From contig JBKAGP010000001.1 in assembly GCA_046290465.1 (NCBI GenBank), forward strand, positions 512,001-576,000: a DNA stretch of 64,000 nucleotides, given 5' to 3'. The notes under the pieces were generated by a model. The model worked only from the letters and a program-made list of their open reading frames with translations. It was not told where the DNA came from and did no database searches. How positions within the stretch are numbered: position 1 is the first letter of the stretch; each line of letters begins with the position of its first letter. Positions 33,652 through 44,662 of the stretch are shown one piece after another. The DNA comes from Planctomycetota bacterium (GTDB lineage: Bacteria > Planctomycetota > UBA1135 > UBA2386). Position numbers and translations under genes: made by a program.

Positions 33652-34190
33652 AGTCGCAGGCGTCGCCGCAGCCGCTGCAGCAGCGTCAGCTCGGGCCGTT
33701 CGTCGCGGTGGTCGACGCGGTGCTCGCGGTCGCTGATCTCGCCGAGCGGGTGCAGGCCGGTGCCGAACAGGCGCAGGCCCTGGTCGAGGTCGTCGGCGAC
33801 GTTCTGTTCGAAGTCGTGCAGGTCCGGTAGCAGCAGGTCGAGGCGCCGCGGGGCGCGCAGCAATTCGAAGCTGGCGCCGGCCTGCAGCTGGCCCGGCAGG
33901 TTGGTCGCGCGCCGCAGTTCGTCGCGGAGCGGCCGGTTGCCGTCGCTCCAGATGGTCGGGCGCTGCAGCTCGTCGCCGAACGCAGCCGGCAGCGTCGTCA
34001 GCCGGTCGATGCGCGCGCCGGTCACCTTGCTGCCGAAGTCGAGCGCCAGCAGCCGCTGGGCGCTGATGCGCACGCCGCGGTCGTTGGCCGACGGCGAGCC
34101 GACGCAGCCGGCCAGCAGCAGCGCGAGGATCGGCGCGGTCGCGCGCACGATGGTGGAGGGAAGGCGCATCATGGTCCGCATCGGCATCAT
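33648..34190 (-). CDS. Hypothetical lipoprotein
   Basis: Lipobox LLAGC; 4-bp overlaps with both neighbours; start ambiguous among several Met codons (34190-34169). Confidence 0.7.
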   Translation of the reverse strand: MMPMRTMMRLPSTIVRATAPILALLLAGCVGSPSANDRGVRISAQRLLALDFGSKVTGARIDRLTTLPAAFGDELQRPTIWSDGNRPLRDELRRATNLPGQLQAGASFELLRAPRRLDLLLPDLHDFEQNVADDLDQGLRLFGTGLHPLGEISDREHRVDHRDERPELTLLQRLRRRLRL

Positions 34191-35527
34191 ACGCCGCGTA
34201 GCGAAACCAGGGGGTCGTGGCGGGCGGCGCGCAGCGCCGGCAGCACCGATACGATCAGACCGGTGACCAGCGCTATGCCGGTCACCTGCAGCAGCCACAG
34301 TGGTTCGATCCGGCACGGCACCCGCTGCAGGTTGTAGACGTCGAGCGGGAACAGGTCCTTGCCGGTCGCCCAAAGCACCGCCTGGCGGACCTCCTCGAGG
34401 TAGATCGACGTCAGCACGCCGACGCCGAGGCCGAGCGCCACGCCGACCACCGTGATCACCAGGCCGCAGGCCAAGAACACCGTCGTGACCCCGGCCGGGG
34501 TGCCGCCCATCGCCGTCAGGATGCCGATGTCGGAGGTCTTCTCGGTGACCATCATCGACAGCGTCGCCAGCATCAGGAACGCCGCGACCACCATGATGAC
34601 GATCAGCACGATCTTCATCAGGCCGCGTTGGTGCGAGACGTTGGCCAGGAACTGGGCGTTCTTCTGCTCCCAGGTCTGCACGTGGCCGAACCCGAACGAG
34701 CCCTGCTCCGACACCCGCTGGATCGTGCGCGACAGACGCTCGGCGGTGGCGTCGAGCTGGCGCTCGTCGCGCACCTTGATCGCGATCTCCTGCACGCGCT
34801 GCGGCTGCTCGGGGAACAGCACGGCCCGCAGCGTGTCGAGCGCGACGAACACGTTGTTGCCGTCGAAGCCGCCGTGGTCGGTCCGGTAGGCGCCGGCGAC
34901 CCGCAGGTCGAGTTCGATCTTGACCGGCCGCGCCTTGCCTTCGCCGCCGGCGGCCATGCGCGCCGTGGTCAGCCGCATCCGGTCGCCGACCGCGATGCCC
35001 TCGCGCTGCATCCGGTCGAGGCCGATCAGCACCGCCGGCAGGCCGTCGACCTCGGCCAGCGGGCGCTCGGGATCGGCGCAGCGCAGCGCGTTCGGGATCT
35101 CCGGCGCACGCAGCCAGCTGCCGAACCGGGTGGTCCGTCGCTCCTGTTCGGGCACGACCCCGTAGACGAACAAGAACGGCTGGTCGCCGCCGTGCAGCGC
35201 GCTCTTGCCGGGCAGCGGCGCGGGCGGCGGGCGCTTGCCGGGCGGGTTGAGCATGCCGTAGTGCAACACGCGCGGTGCTGCGCCGGCGACGTTGGCGTCG
35301 TCCTCGATCGCGGCCTGCAGTTCGGGCCACGTGGTCCACTCGGGCAGGTCGCTGCAGACGATGTCCGAACTCGCCGACTGCACGTGCTTCTCGATCACCT
35401 GCAGGAAGCCGCTGAACAGCGATACGACCACGACCAGCGCCCAGACGCTGATCATGATGCCGGCCATGCCGAGCAGGTTGATCGGCCGCGTCAGCAGGTA
35501 GCGGATGGCGAGGAACAGCCGATACAT
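34187..35527 (-). CDS. LolE/LolC-like ABC transporter permease (FtsX domain)
   Basis: FLAIRYL, LSMMVTEKTSDIGILTAMG, LFPLDVY, PALRAARHDP. Confidence 0.9.
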   Translation of the reverse strand: MYRLFLAIRYLLTRPINLLGMAGIMISVWALVVVVSLFSGFLQVIEKHVQSASSDIVCSDLPEWTTWPELQAAIEDDANVAGAAPRVLHYGMLNPPGKRPPPAPLPGKSALHGGDQPFLFVYGVVPEQERRTTRFGSWLRAPEIPNALRCADPERPLAEVDGLPAVLIGLDRMQREGIAVGDRMRLTTARMAAGGEGKARPVKIELDLRVAGAYRTDHGGFDGNNVFVALDTLRAVLFPEQPQRVQEIAIKVRDERQLDATAERLSRTIQRVSEQGSFGFGHVQTWEQKNAQFLANVSHQRGLMKIVLIVIMVVAAFLMLATLSMMVTEKTSDIGILTAMGGTPAGVTTVFLACGLVITVVGVALGLGVGVLTSIYLEEVRQAVLWATGKDLFPLDVYNLQRVPCRIEPLWLLQVTGIALVTGLIVSVLPALRAARHDPLVSLRGV

Positions 35528-36234
35528 CAGGCGACCTGTTCCTGCGCGATGACCTTGCCGTCCTTCATCCGGATGATGCGGTCGCAGCGGCGCGCCAGCT
35601 GTTCGTCGTGGGTGACCAGCAGGAACGCCAGGTCGCGTTCGCGCTGGATCGAGAACATCAGCTCGACGACGCCTTCGGCGGTGTGCGAGTCGAGGTTGCC
35701 GGTCGGCTCGTCGGCCAGCACGACGCGCGGCTCGGCCAGCAGCGCGCGCGCGATCGCGACGCGCTGCCGTTCGCCGCCGGACAGCTCGGTGGGGCGGTGG
35801 TGCAGACGGTCGCCGAGGCCGACCTTCTCGAGGATCTCGATCGCCTCCTGCCGGCAGCGCCGCCGCTGGCGCCAGTAGCCGAGCACCGACGAGCCCATCA
35901 TGCGTGCGAGCGCGACGTTCTGCAGCGCGGTCAGTTCGGGGATCAGGTGGTAGAACTGGAACACGAACCCGACGTGCTGGTGGCGCAGCCGGGCGCGCTC
36001 GGCGATCGGCAGCGTGCCGACTTGCCTGCCGTCGTAGAGCACCTCGCCCCGGGTCGGCGCGTCGAGCAGGCCGAGCAGGTGCAGCAGCGTCGACTTGCCG
36101 GCGCCCGACGCGCCGAGCAGCGCGACCTTCTCGCCGGGGGCGATGCTCAGGTCGACGCCGCGCAGCACCGGGATCTCGCGCTTGCCGATCGCGTAGCTCT
36201 TGTGGACGTCGACTGCTTGCAGGACGGGGGTCAT
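35527..36234 (-). CDS. lolD: LolD-like ABC ATP-binding protein
   Basis: GASGAGKST, GFVFQFYHL, LSGGERQRVAIARAL, LADEPTGNLD, VTHD; lies between two LolC/E-type permeases. Confidence 0.85.
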   Translation of the reverse strand: MTPVLQAVDVHKSYAIGKREIPVLRGVDLSIAPGEKVALLGASGAGKSTLLHLLGLLDAPTRGEVLYDGRQVGTLPIAERARLRHQHVGFVFQFYHLIPELTALQNVALARMMGSSVLGYWRQRRRCRQEAIEILEKVGLGDRLHHRPTELSGGERQRVAIARALLAEPRVVLADEPTGNLDSHTAEGVVELMFSIQRERDLAFLLVTHDEQLARRCDRIIRMKDGKVIAQEQVA

Positions 36235-37724
36235 TCGAACGACAGCGCGGTGACGGGGTTCATGCGGGCGGCCTTGCGCGCGGGCAGGAAGGCGACGACG
36301 ACGGCGAGCAGCACGGCGCCGACGGCGACCGTGACGACCCACGACGGCTCGAGGTGGCACGGCACCTCGTCGAGGTCGAACAGGCCGCGCGGGAACAGTT
36401 CGATGCCGACGGTGGCGTAGAGCCAGTCGTTGACCGGGTTGAGCCAGATCGACGACAGCACGCCGGCGATCACGCCGAGGATCGTGCCGACGGCGCCGAC
36501 GATCACGCCGCCGATCAGGAACACGCCGCCGATGCCGCCGGGGGCGCCGCCGACCGCGGCGACGATGCCGATGTCCTTGACCTTCTGTGTGACCATCATC
36601 GTCAGCGTGGTGTAGATGACGAACGCCGACACCAGCATCACGACGAACAGCACGATCTCCATCATCGCCTGCTCCTGGGCGACGGCGGACAGGAACGTCT
36701 GGTTCTGCTGGCGCCAGTCGAGCACGGCGCACGGTGCGCTGCCCGCGGGCAGCAGCGGCTGCACCGCCTGCTGCAGGCGCACCTGCAGCGCGCGCAGCTG
36801 CTCGTCGGTCAGGCCGTCGCGCGGCCGGATCGCGACGTCGGTGACCAGCGCGATCGAATCCGGCTCGTAGGCGTCGTGGCCGAGCATCGTGCGCAGCGTC
36901 TCGATCGGGACCAGCACGGTGGTCTCGTCGAACATGCGGCTGCCGGCGCTGAACCAGCCGGCGAACGCCATGCGCTTGGTGTGCGGGCGCATCACCGCGC
37001 CCTGCTCGTCCTCGGTCGGGAACGCGACGCACAGCACGTCGAACGGATCGCCCTGCCGGGTGCGATTGTTGGCGAACACGCGCGGCCAGCCGAACAGCGC
37101 GCCGGGCCAGGCGCTGACGTGGTCCTCGGGGCGGCTCGGCCGCGCCAGCCCGGCGCGTTCGCGGCCGCGGAACTCGAGGTCGTCCGGCACCTTCAGCGCC
37201 GCCAGCCGGTCCGGGTCCCGCTCGTCGAACACCACCGCGCGCGGGTCCTTGCGGCCGCGCCGTTCGATCTGCGCCGGACCGCCGTCGAGCCAGACGTCGA
37301 TGTCGACGACCTCGCGCTCGCGCAGCGGGTCGATGCCCATCAGCACCGCGAAGCCGTTGCTGGTGCGGGCCTGCTCGAACTCGAGCTGCGAGCTGGTCGC
37401 CCCGCCGCTCTGGAAGCGGTTGCCGATCACCGACTGCAGCAGGCCGTGGTGCCGCAGCCGCGGCGCCGTCGTGACGACGTCGGCGTCGGCCTCGAGCACC
37501 TCGCGCAGCGGCTCGTAGCCGGTGTCGTGCGGCAGGTCGGTCAGCAGCAGTTCTGGCGCCGACGTGCGAACGTCGGTGTGGATGTCGGTGACGAAGCCGG
37601 TGAACACGCCGTCGACGATCAGCATCGCCCACACCGCGAACGCCACCCCGAACACGCCGAGGATGTTGATGCGCCGCGTCACCAGGTAACGCAGCGCCAG
37701 GAACGGGCTGAACGCGGGGATCAC
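36231..37724 (-). CDS. LolC/LolE-like ABC transporter permease
   Basis: FLALRYL, TLTMMVTQKVKDIGI, PARKAARMNP; GTG start just after lysS. Confidence 0.9.
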   Translation of the reverse strand: MIPAFSPFLALRYLVTRRINILGVFGVAFAVWAMLIVDGVFTGFVTDIHTDVRTSAPELLLTDLPHDTGYEPLREVLEADADVVTTAPRLRHHGLLQSVIGNRFQSGGATSSQLEFEQARTSNGFAVLMGIDPLREREVVDIDVWLDGGPAQIERRGRKDPRAVVFDERDPDRLAALKVPDDLEFRGRERAGLARPSRPEDHVSAWPGALFGWPRVFANNRTRQGDPFDVLCVAFPTEDEQGAVMRPHTKRMAFAGWFSAGSRMFDETTVLVPIETLRTMLGHDAYEPDSIALVTDVAIRPRDGLTDEQLRALQVRLQQAVQPLLPAGSAPCAVLDWRQQNQTFLSAVAQEQAMMEIVLFVVMLVSAFVIYTTLTMMVTQKVKDIGIVAAVGGAPGGIGGVFLIGGVIVGAVGTILGVIAGVLSSIWLNPVNDWLYATVGIELFPRGLFDLDEVPCHLEPSWVVTVAVGAVLLAVVVAFLPARKAARMNPVTALSFE

Positions 37725-37729
37725 GATGG

Positions 37730-39232
37730 CTACTCGGTGGCGGTCGCCTCGGACCCTCCGTCCGCCGCCGCCTGCGCTTCGTCTGCGCCGGTCTGGTCGA
37801 TGCGGCGAAGCAGCGGGAACAACACCACGTCGCGGATCGAGGTCGAGCCGGTCAGCAGCATGCACAGCCGGTCGATGCCGATGCCGAGGCCGCCCGCCGG
37901 CGGCATGCCGAACTCGAGCGCGGTGACGTAGTCGACGTCGACCTCGCCGGGCGTCTCGTCGTCCTTGTCGTGCACCTGCGCCTGGAAGCGCTCCTCCTGG
38001 TCGATCGGATCGTTGAGCTCCGAGAACGCGTTGCCGAGCTCCATGCCGGCGACGAACAGCTCGAACCGTTCGGTGACGCGCGGGTCGTCGGCCGTGCGCT
38101 TGGCCAGCGGGCTGATCGCGGTCGGGTAGTCGTGCACGAACACCGGCCCGGTCAGGGTGTCCTCGACGGTCGCCTCGAACACGTCGTTGGCGAGCTTGGC
38201 CGGCTCGATGCCGTCGGTCTTCAAGCCGAGCTCCCGGGCGCGGGCCAGGCACTGCTCGTGGTCGAACCAGTCGACGCCGGGGTTCTTGTCGGCGAACCGG
38301 TCGAGGTAGCGCGCCTTCTGGAACGGCGGCTTCAGGTCGTACTCCTGCTCGCGGAACGTCACCTTGCCGTCGCCGCCCAGCACCACGTCGACGAGGTGCG
38401 CGAACAGCCCCTCGACGCGGTCCATGACGTCCTTGTAGTCGGCCCACGCCTCGTAGCTCTCGAGCATCGTGAACTCGGGGTTGTGGCGGGTGCTGATGCC
38501 CTCGTTGCGGAACACGCGGCCGATCTCGTAGACCCGCTCCATGCCGCCGACGATCAGCCGCTTCAGGTACAGCTCCGGCGCGATGCGCAGGAACAGCGGC
38601 ATGTCGAGCGCGTTGTGGTGGGTCGTGAACGGCCGCGCCGCCGCCCCGCCGAAGATCGGCTGCAGGATCGGCGTCTCGACCTCCAGGTAGTCGAGCGAGT
38701 CGAAGTAGTGCCGCACCTCGCGCACGATCTTCGAGCGCAGCGCGAACGCGTTGCGCACGTCGGGGTTCGCGAACAGGTCGACGTAGCGCATCCGGTAGCG
38801 CTGTTCCTGGTCCTGCAGGCCGTGCCACTTCTCCGGCGCCGGCCGCAGCGCCTTCGAGGCCAGCGTCACCTGCCTGGCCCAGATCGTGTTCTCGCCCTTC
38901 TGGGTGACGCCGATCTCGCCGGTGATGCTGACCAAGTCGTTGCTCTCGACCTTCTTGCGGTTCGGCCAGAACTCCGCCAGGTGGTCGCGCTGGAAGCCGA
39001 TCTGGATCGAGCCGCTGCGGTCGCTCAGGTGTGAGAACCGCAGCTTGCCGAAGTCGCGCACCTGCGACAGCCGGCCGGCGACCGTCACCGTCTGCCCGAT
39101 CTTGTGCTCGAAGCCCTCGAGCACCGAGGCCACGGCGACGCCTTTCGGGACCCGCGCCGGAAACCCGTCGGTCCCCGCCTCGCGCAACGCCTTCAGCTTC
39201 TCGTAGCGATCACCTGCAATGCCGTCCGTCAT
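37730..39232 (-). CDS. lysS: Lysine--tRNA ligase (class II)
   Basis: PEKWHGL, RYRMRYVDL, GGAAARPFTTHHN, RIAPELYLKRL, FRNEG, HNPEFT, GMPPAGGLGIGIDRL. Confidence 0.98.
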   Translation of the reverse strand: MTDGIAGDRYEKLKALREAGTDGFPARVPKGVAVASVLEGFEHKIGQTVTVAGRLSQVRDFGKLRFSHLSDRSGSIQIGFQRDHLAEFWPNRKKVESNDLVSITGEIGVTQKGENTIWARQVTLASKALRPAPEKWHGLQDQEQRYRMRYVDLFANPDVRNAFALRSKIVREVRHYFDSLDYLEVETPILQPIFGGAAARPFTTHHNALDMPLFLRIAPELYLKRLIVGGMERVYEIGRVFRNEGISTRHNPEFTMLESYEAWADYKDVMDRVEGLFAHLVDVVLGGDGKVTFREQEYDLKPPFQKARYLDRFADKNPGVDWFDHEQCLARARELGLKTDGIEPAKLANDVFEATVEDTLTGPVFVHDYPTAISPLAKRTADDPRVTERFELFVAGMELGNAFSELNDPIDQEERFQAQVHDKDDETPGEVDVDYVTALEFGMPPAGGLGIGIDRLCMLLTGSTSIRDVVLFPLLRRIDQTGADEAQAAADGGSEATATE

Positions 39233-39351
39233 TCGGCAAGCATGCTAGCGGTGGCCGTTCCGGGTTGCGAAGGTCCTCTCCGCGGGGCCGGTCGGCGCCA
39301 GCGGTGCTGCCGCGGGCCAGCATCGGTCCTGCCGCGGGCCCGCCGACCCGA

Positions 39352-39663
39352 TCAGCCGTCGAGCGCGACTTCCAGCCGGCCGGCGACGACGCGCGACCGG
39401 TAGGTCCGCACCGACCACTCCGGGCCGACGTCGCACTGGCCGGTGCGCAGGTCGAACTCCCAGAGATGGAGGTGGCAGACGACCTTGCCGTCGAGCACGG
39501 TGCCGTCGCACAGCGGCGCGCTGGCGTGCGGGCAGGCGTTGTCGATCACCCGGTAGTCGCCGTCGACGTGGAACACCGCCAGCCAGCGGCCGTCGAGCTT
39601 GACCGGGTGGCCGGGGTCGAAGTTCATCTCGGCGAGCGCGCCGACGTCGGTCCAGGTGCTCAC
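39352..39663 (-). CDS. Rieske [2Fe-2S] ferredoxin (NirD-like)
   Basis: CPHASAPL and CHLHLWEFDLRTG Rieske motifs; GTG overlaps the trmB stop. Confidence 0.9.
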   Translation of the reverse strand: MSTWTDVGALAEMNFDPGHPVKLDGRWLAVFHVDGDYRVIDNACPHASAPLCDGTVLDGKVVCHLHLWEFDLRTGQCDVGPEWSVRTYRSRVVAGRLEVALDG

Positions 39664-40361
39664 GTGCCGGCTCCTTCGGGGCTCTCGGGCAGGTCGCCCG
39701 GCAGGCGGCGGAACGCGTAGCGGCGGATCACGCGTCCCTGCTCGATGTACTTGCGTTCGAAGTTGGTCGGCGTGAACGCGTGGCCCGGGCCGAGCGCGAT
39801 GCGGCGCTGCTCCTCGTCCTCGTCGCGTTCGAACAGATCGGTGTGGCCCATAACGCGCGCGATCTGGCCGGCGTAGCCGGCGTTGTCGGTCGCGATCAGG
39901 CAGTAGCCGTCGTCGCGGATCGCGCGCGCCAGGGTCCGCGGCACGTCTTCGGTGAAGAACCGGCGGCCGCGGTGGCGGCGCTTCGGCCACGGATCGGGGA
40001 AGTAGACGTGCACCGCCGCGAGCGCGCCGGGCGCGACCCGGTCCTCGAGGAACAGCTTGCCGTTGTCGACCAGGAACAGGCCGTTCTGGCGGCCGGTCTC
40101 CTTCAACCGGGTGGCGGCCAGGCTGGCGTAGCCCAGCGCCGCCTCGATGCCGAGCAGGAACGTGTCGGGACGCGCCTCGGTCGCCGCGATCAGGTAGGCA
40201 CCCTTGCCGGGGCCGATCTCGATCTCGACGTCGTCATAGCCGTCGGGCACCAGGTCGTCGAGCGCCGGCGGATCGTCGCCGCCGAGCACGAGCCGGTCGC
40301 CGGGGTCGTCGTCCAGGTCCTGCACGCGGCTGCGGAACGACAGCTTGCCGCCCTGGGACAT
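39660..40361 (-). CDS. trmB: tRNA (guanine-N7)-methyltransferase
   Basis: EIGPGKG, FLLGIE, YFPDPWPKRRH, ATD, TNFERK. Confidence 0.9.
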   Translation of the reverse strand: MSQGGKLSFRSRVQDLDDDPGDRLVLGGDDPPALDDLVPDGYDDVEIEIGPGKGAYLIAATEARPDTFLLGIEAALGYASLAATRLKETGRQNGLFLVDNGKLFLEDRVAPGALAAVHVYFPDPWPKRRHRGRRFFTEDVPRTLARAIRDDGYCLIATDNAGYAGQIARVMGHTDLFERDEDEEQRRIALGPGHAFTPTNFERKYIEQGRVIRRYAFRRLPGDLPESPEGAGT

Positions 40362-40428
40362 GCGGGGGTTGTGGTGGTGCTTGCTGGCGGAGTCGGACGG
40401 CGCGGACATGAGGCGGAGCAGCATAGCG

Positions 40429-42609
40429 ATGCGTCGGCGCCGCCATGGACTGCAGCCGTTGGAACCGACCCCGACCGACTCCCTGACCCGCCTCGGCGCG
40501 CGCCTGGTGCGCCGCCGCCGGACCGTGCTGACGCTGGTGCTGCTGGCCGCGGCGGTGCTCGCGGCCGGCATCGGCGAGCTGCAGGTAGGCTTCAAGGTCG
40601 ACGGCTTCTTCCGCAGCAGCGACCCCGAACTGCAGCGCGCGATGCAGCACTACCAGGACGATGGCTTCGAGCCGCCGGACCGGATCCTGCTGTTCGCGTG
40701 GCCGGAGGCGGAGCCGACCGGCGCAGCGGCGCTGGCACACGTGCGCGCGTTCGCCGCGGTCGCCGAGCAGCACGAGGTGCTGCGCTCGGTGACGACGCTG
40801 GCGTCGGCGACCGTGCCGGGCTCGCTCGGCAGCACGCCGGAGCAGCTGGCGGCGTCGTCGACGTGGCGCGACCTGCTGGTCGCCCGCACCGGCGACGCGG
40901 TCGGCGGCGTGATCGAGCTCGAGGTCGCCTGGCAGCATCAAGACCTGCAGGCCGCGTGCGACGCGCTGCGCGAGGTCGTGGCCGGGTTCGGCGCCGAACT
41001 GCACCTCTGTGGTCTGCCGTACCACACGATGGTCAGCCGGCAGCTGGTCAAGGACGACATGGCCCGGTTCCTGCCGATCGGCACGGTGGTGTCCGCCGCG
41101 CTGCTGTTCTGGCTGGTGCCGCATCTCGGCCTCGCGCTGCTGGCGCTGCTGGTGGTGCCGCTGACGCTGGTCAGCACGCTCGGCGTGATGGGCTACTGCG
41201 GCGTCGAGATCACCATGCTGACGTCGACGCTGCCGACCCTGCTGCTGTGCATGTCGGTGGCCGACGGCCTGCACATGGTCGGCCGCTTCCTCGAAGAACG
41301 CGACGTCGACGGCGACCCGCGGGCCGCGGCGGTGCGCACGTTCGCGGCGCTGCTGGTGCCGTGCCTGCTGACCTCGCTGACGACGATCGTCGGCTTCGCG
41401 TCACTGCTGCGCGCCGACCTGCGCGACCTCGGCTACCTCGGCGGCTTCGCCGCGGTCGGCATGGGCTTCGCGTTCCTCTACACGATGCTGCTGCTGCCGC
41501 CGGCGATGTCGTTCGTCGGCGCGCCGGCGGCGCGTCGCGGCGCCGACCCGGCGCGCTGGCTGGTGCAGCTGGCGCGCTGGCTGCAGCGGGCCCGGGCCCG
41601 CTGGTGGGTGGCGCTCGGCGCGGTCGTCGCGGTGACCAGCGCCGTGCTGGCGCGCGACCTCGAGACCGAACACCGGATCACCGCCGACCTGTGGCCCGAC
41701 TCGCACATCATGCGGCAGCTTCGCTTCTACGAGCAGCGCTTCGTCGGGGTCGTGCCGGCCGAGGTGGTGGTCGAGGCGCCCGACGGCTTCGACCGCCGAG
41801 CGCGCGTGCAGCTGCTCGACTACGTCGACCGGCTCGAGCAGGTCGAGGGGGTCAGCCGCACGCTGTCGATCGCCGATCTCTACCGCGACGGCCTGTCGCA
41901 GGTGATGGTCGGCACGCTGGCCGCGGCCGGGCTGTTGCCGGCGGGCATGCTCGGCGACGACGGCCGCACGGCGCGGCTGCTGGTGTTCCGGCCCGATCTC
42001 GGCACCAAGGCCTACCACCGCTTCGCGGCGGCGGTCGCCGACCTCGCCGAAGGCTGTGATGCGATCCAGCCGCGGCTCGCCGGCCTGCAGATGGTCGGCA
42101 CCGCGCAGGTGCTGTCGATGACCGACGACCTGCGCTGGTCGTTCCTCGGCTCCGTGCTGGTGATCTTCGTGCTGGTCTGGCTGCAGTGCCGACGCGCGCG
42201 GCTGGCGACCGTGGCGATGCTCGCGTGCCTGGTGCCGATGCTGGCGGTGGTCGGGGTGATGGTGCTGCTCGGCATCACGCTGCGGCCGCTGACGGTGATC
42301 TCGTTCTGCGTCGCGCTCGGCCTGATGGTCGACGACACGATCCATCTGGCGGCGCGCTGGCGTGAAGAACACCTGCGCGGCCACGACCGCGACGAGGCGG
42401 TGCAGCGCACCCTGGCGACCGCCGGCCGACCGGTGGTGATCACGACGTTGGTGCTGCTGGTCGGGTTCGTGACGATCCTCGGCAGCGGCTTCAAGGGAAC
42501 GTTCACGTTCGGCCTGCTGGTCGACCTGTCGCTGCTCGGTGCGCTGCTGTCGGCGCTGGTGCTGCTGCCCGCGTTGCTGCGGGTGCTCGGCAACGGCGTT
42601 CGTGGGTGA
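40429..42609 (+). CDS. MMPL / RND superfamily transporter
   Basis: Two repeats of TM + periplasmic loop + 5 TM; PCLLTSLTT, LGLMVDDTIH, GRPVVITT. Start uncertain (40408, 40429 or 40459). Confidence 0.88.
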   Translation: MRRRRHGLQPLEPTPTDSLTRLGARLVRRRRTVLTLVLLAAAVLAAGIGELQVGFKVDGFFRSSDPELQRAMQHYQDDGFEPPDRILLFAWPEAEPTGAAALAHVRAFAAVAEQHEVLRSVTTLASATVPGSLGSTPEQLAASSTWRDLLVARTGDAVGGVIELEVAWQHQDLQAACDALREVVAGFGAELHLCGLPYHTMVSRQLVKDDMARFLPIGTVVSAALLFWLVPHLGLALLALLVVPLTLVSTLGVMGYCGVEITMLTSTLPTLLLCMSVADGLHMVGRFLEERDVDGDPRAAAVRTFAALLVPCLLTSLTTIVGFASLLRADLRDLGYLGGFAAVGMGFAFLYTMLLLPPAMSFVGAPAARRGADPARWLVQLARWLQRARARWWVALGAVVAVTSAVLARDLETEHRITADLWPDSHIMRQLRFYEQRFVGVVPAEVVVEAPDGFDRRARVQLLDYVDRLEQVEGVSRTLSIADLYRDGLSQVMVGTLAAAGLLPAGMLGDDGRTARLLVFRPDLGTKAYHRFAAAVADLAEGCDAIQPRLAGLQMVGTAQVLSMTDDLRWSFLGSVLVIFVLVWLQCRRARLATVAMLACLVPMLAVVGVMVLLGITLRPLTVISFCVALGLMVDDTIHLAARWREEHLRGHDRDEAVQRTLATAGRPVVITTLVLLVGFVTILGSGFKGTFTFGLLVDLSLLGALLSALVLLPALLRVLGNGVRG

Positions 42610-42676
42610 GCGTCGAGCTGCGTCGGCTGGCCGAGCGACGTAGACTGCAGCCCACCTCGGAACGAGAACCGACACG

Positions 42677-42975
42677 ATGCCCGCACCCGTCCGCTTCCTG
42701 CGCCCGCTGCTGACGATCGCACGCCTCGCCCGGACCTTGCCGTGCTTGCTGCTGGGTCTGTCGGGTTGCGTCGGCTCGTGCCGGACGCCGAGCCCACAGT
42801 CGGGCTTCCGGGTCGAACTCGACGGCGAACGCGTGGCGGGCAGGTTCCTATGCTCGGGGCGCAGTCGCTGCGCTGCTACCAGGCCTGGAGCCTGATGCCC
42901 GCGTTCCTCGACTCGAAGGAGCGCGGCGCCGACCTGCGCGCCTGGCTGTCGGCCCGCGGACTCGAGATCGGTTAG
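42677..42975 (+). pseudogene. Probable frameshifted or internally deleted lipoprotein gene remnant
   Basis: N-terminal lipobox (LSGC) in one frame; protein-like GC3-rich C-terminus (YQAWSLMPAFLDSKERGADLRAWLSARGLEIG*) in another frame. Confidence 0.35.
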
Positions 42976-43001
42976 CAAGTGCTACGGCACCGCAGGAACG
43001 A

Positions 43002-43652
<651 letters not shown>

Positions 43653-43696
43653 TTGTCGGGAGCTTGTATCGGCTAGCCTGGGCCACGACGAGCACG

Positions 43697-44599
43697 ATGC
43701 CCGAACTCCCCGATGTCACCGTCTACAAGGAACGCCTCGAGGCGATGCTGGTCGGGGACGTGCTCGAGGACCTGCGCATCCGCAGCCCGTTCCTGCTGCG
43801 CTCGGTGAGCCCGTCACCCGACGTGCTGCACGGGCAACCGCTGCAGGCCGTCGAACGCCTCGGCAAGCGCCTGGTGCTGGCCTTTCCCGACGACCACTTC
43901 CTGGTGCTGCACCTGATGATCGCCGGCCGCCTCAAGTGGCATCCCGGCGAACGGCGGCTCGGCAGCCGCATCGACCTGTGCGCGTTCGACTTCGCCAAGG
44001 GCACGCTGCTGCTGACCGAGGCCGGCTCCAAGAAGCGCGCCTCGCTGCATGTCGTCGCCGGCCGCGCGGGGCTCGACGAGTTCGACCGCGGCGGCCTCGA
44101 GGTGCTCGACGCCAGCGCGGTGCAGTTCGCCGAACGGCTGCGCGACGAGAATCGCACGCTGAAGCGCGCGCTGACCGATCCGACCCGATTCTCCGGCATC
44201 GGCAACGCCTACAGCGACGAGATCCTGCACCGCGCGCGGCTGTCGCCGGTGACGTGGACCAGCCGCCTCGACGACGAGCAGGTCGAGCGCCTGCGCGTCG
44301 CCATCGTCGACGTGATGACCGAGTGGACCGATCGCCTGCGGCGGGAAGCGGCCGACGGCTGGCCGAAGAAGGTCACCGCGTTCCGCGACGGCATGGCCGT
44401 GCACGGCCGCTACCGCGAACCGTGTCCGGTCTGCCAGTCGCCGGTTCAGCGTATCCGCTACGCGGACAACGAGTGCAACTACTGCGCGACCTGCCAGTGC
44501 GGCGGCAAGCTGCTGGCAGACCGAGGCCTGTCGCAGTTGCTGAAGAAGGACTGGCCGCGAACGCTTGCCGAGCTGGAGGAGCGGCGGCGGGGGAGCTGA
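43697..44599 (+). CDS. Fpg/Nei family DNA glycosylase
   Basis: N-terminal [23 protein letters not shown] (H2TH), zinc finger CPVC...CATCQ. Confidence 0.92.
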   Translation: MPELPDVTVYKERLEAMLVGDVLEDLRIRSPFLLRSVSPSPDVLHGQPLQAVERLGKRLVLAFPDDHFLVLHLMIAGRLKWHPGERRLGSRIDLCAFDFAKGTLLLTEAGSKKRASLHVVAGRAGLDEFDRGGLEVLDASAVQFAERLRDENRTLKRALTDPTRFSGIGNAYSDEILHRARLSPVTWTSRLDDEQVERLRVAIVDVMTEWTDRLRREAADGWPKKVTAFRDGMAVHGRYREPCPVCQSPVQRIRYADNECNYCATCQCGGKLLADRGLSQLLKKDWPRTLAELEERRRGS

Positions 44600-44662
44600 A
44601 CGGGCCGCCGACGCCGGCAGTTCGAGTTCATCCTTGGTTCGTGCGGCGCCGATGAATCCTGA

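Noticed and set aside
42893..42926. TGA followed by a 10-bp hairpin (CCGCGTTCCT/AGGAGCGCGG) as a possible Sec codon plus SECIS
   Set aside because: The read-through frame is not protein-like and runs antisense into ppa; the GC3-rich coding signal is in another frame.
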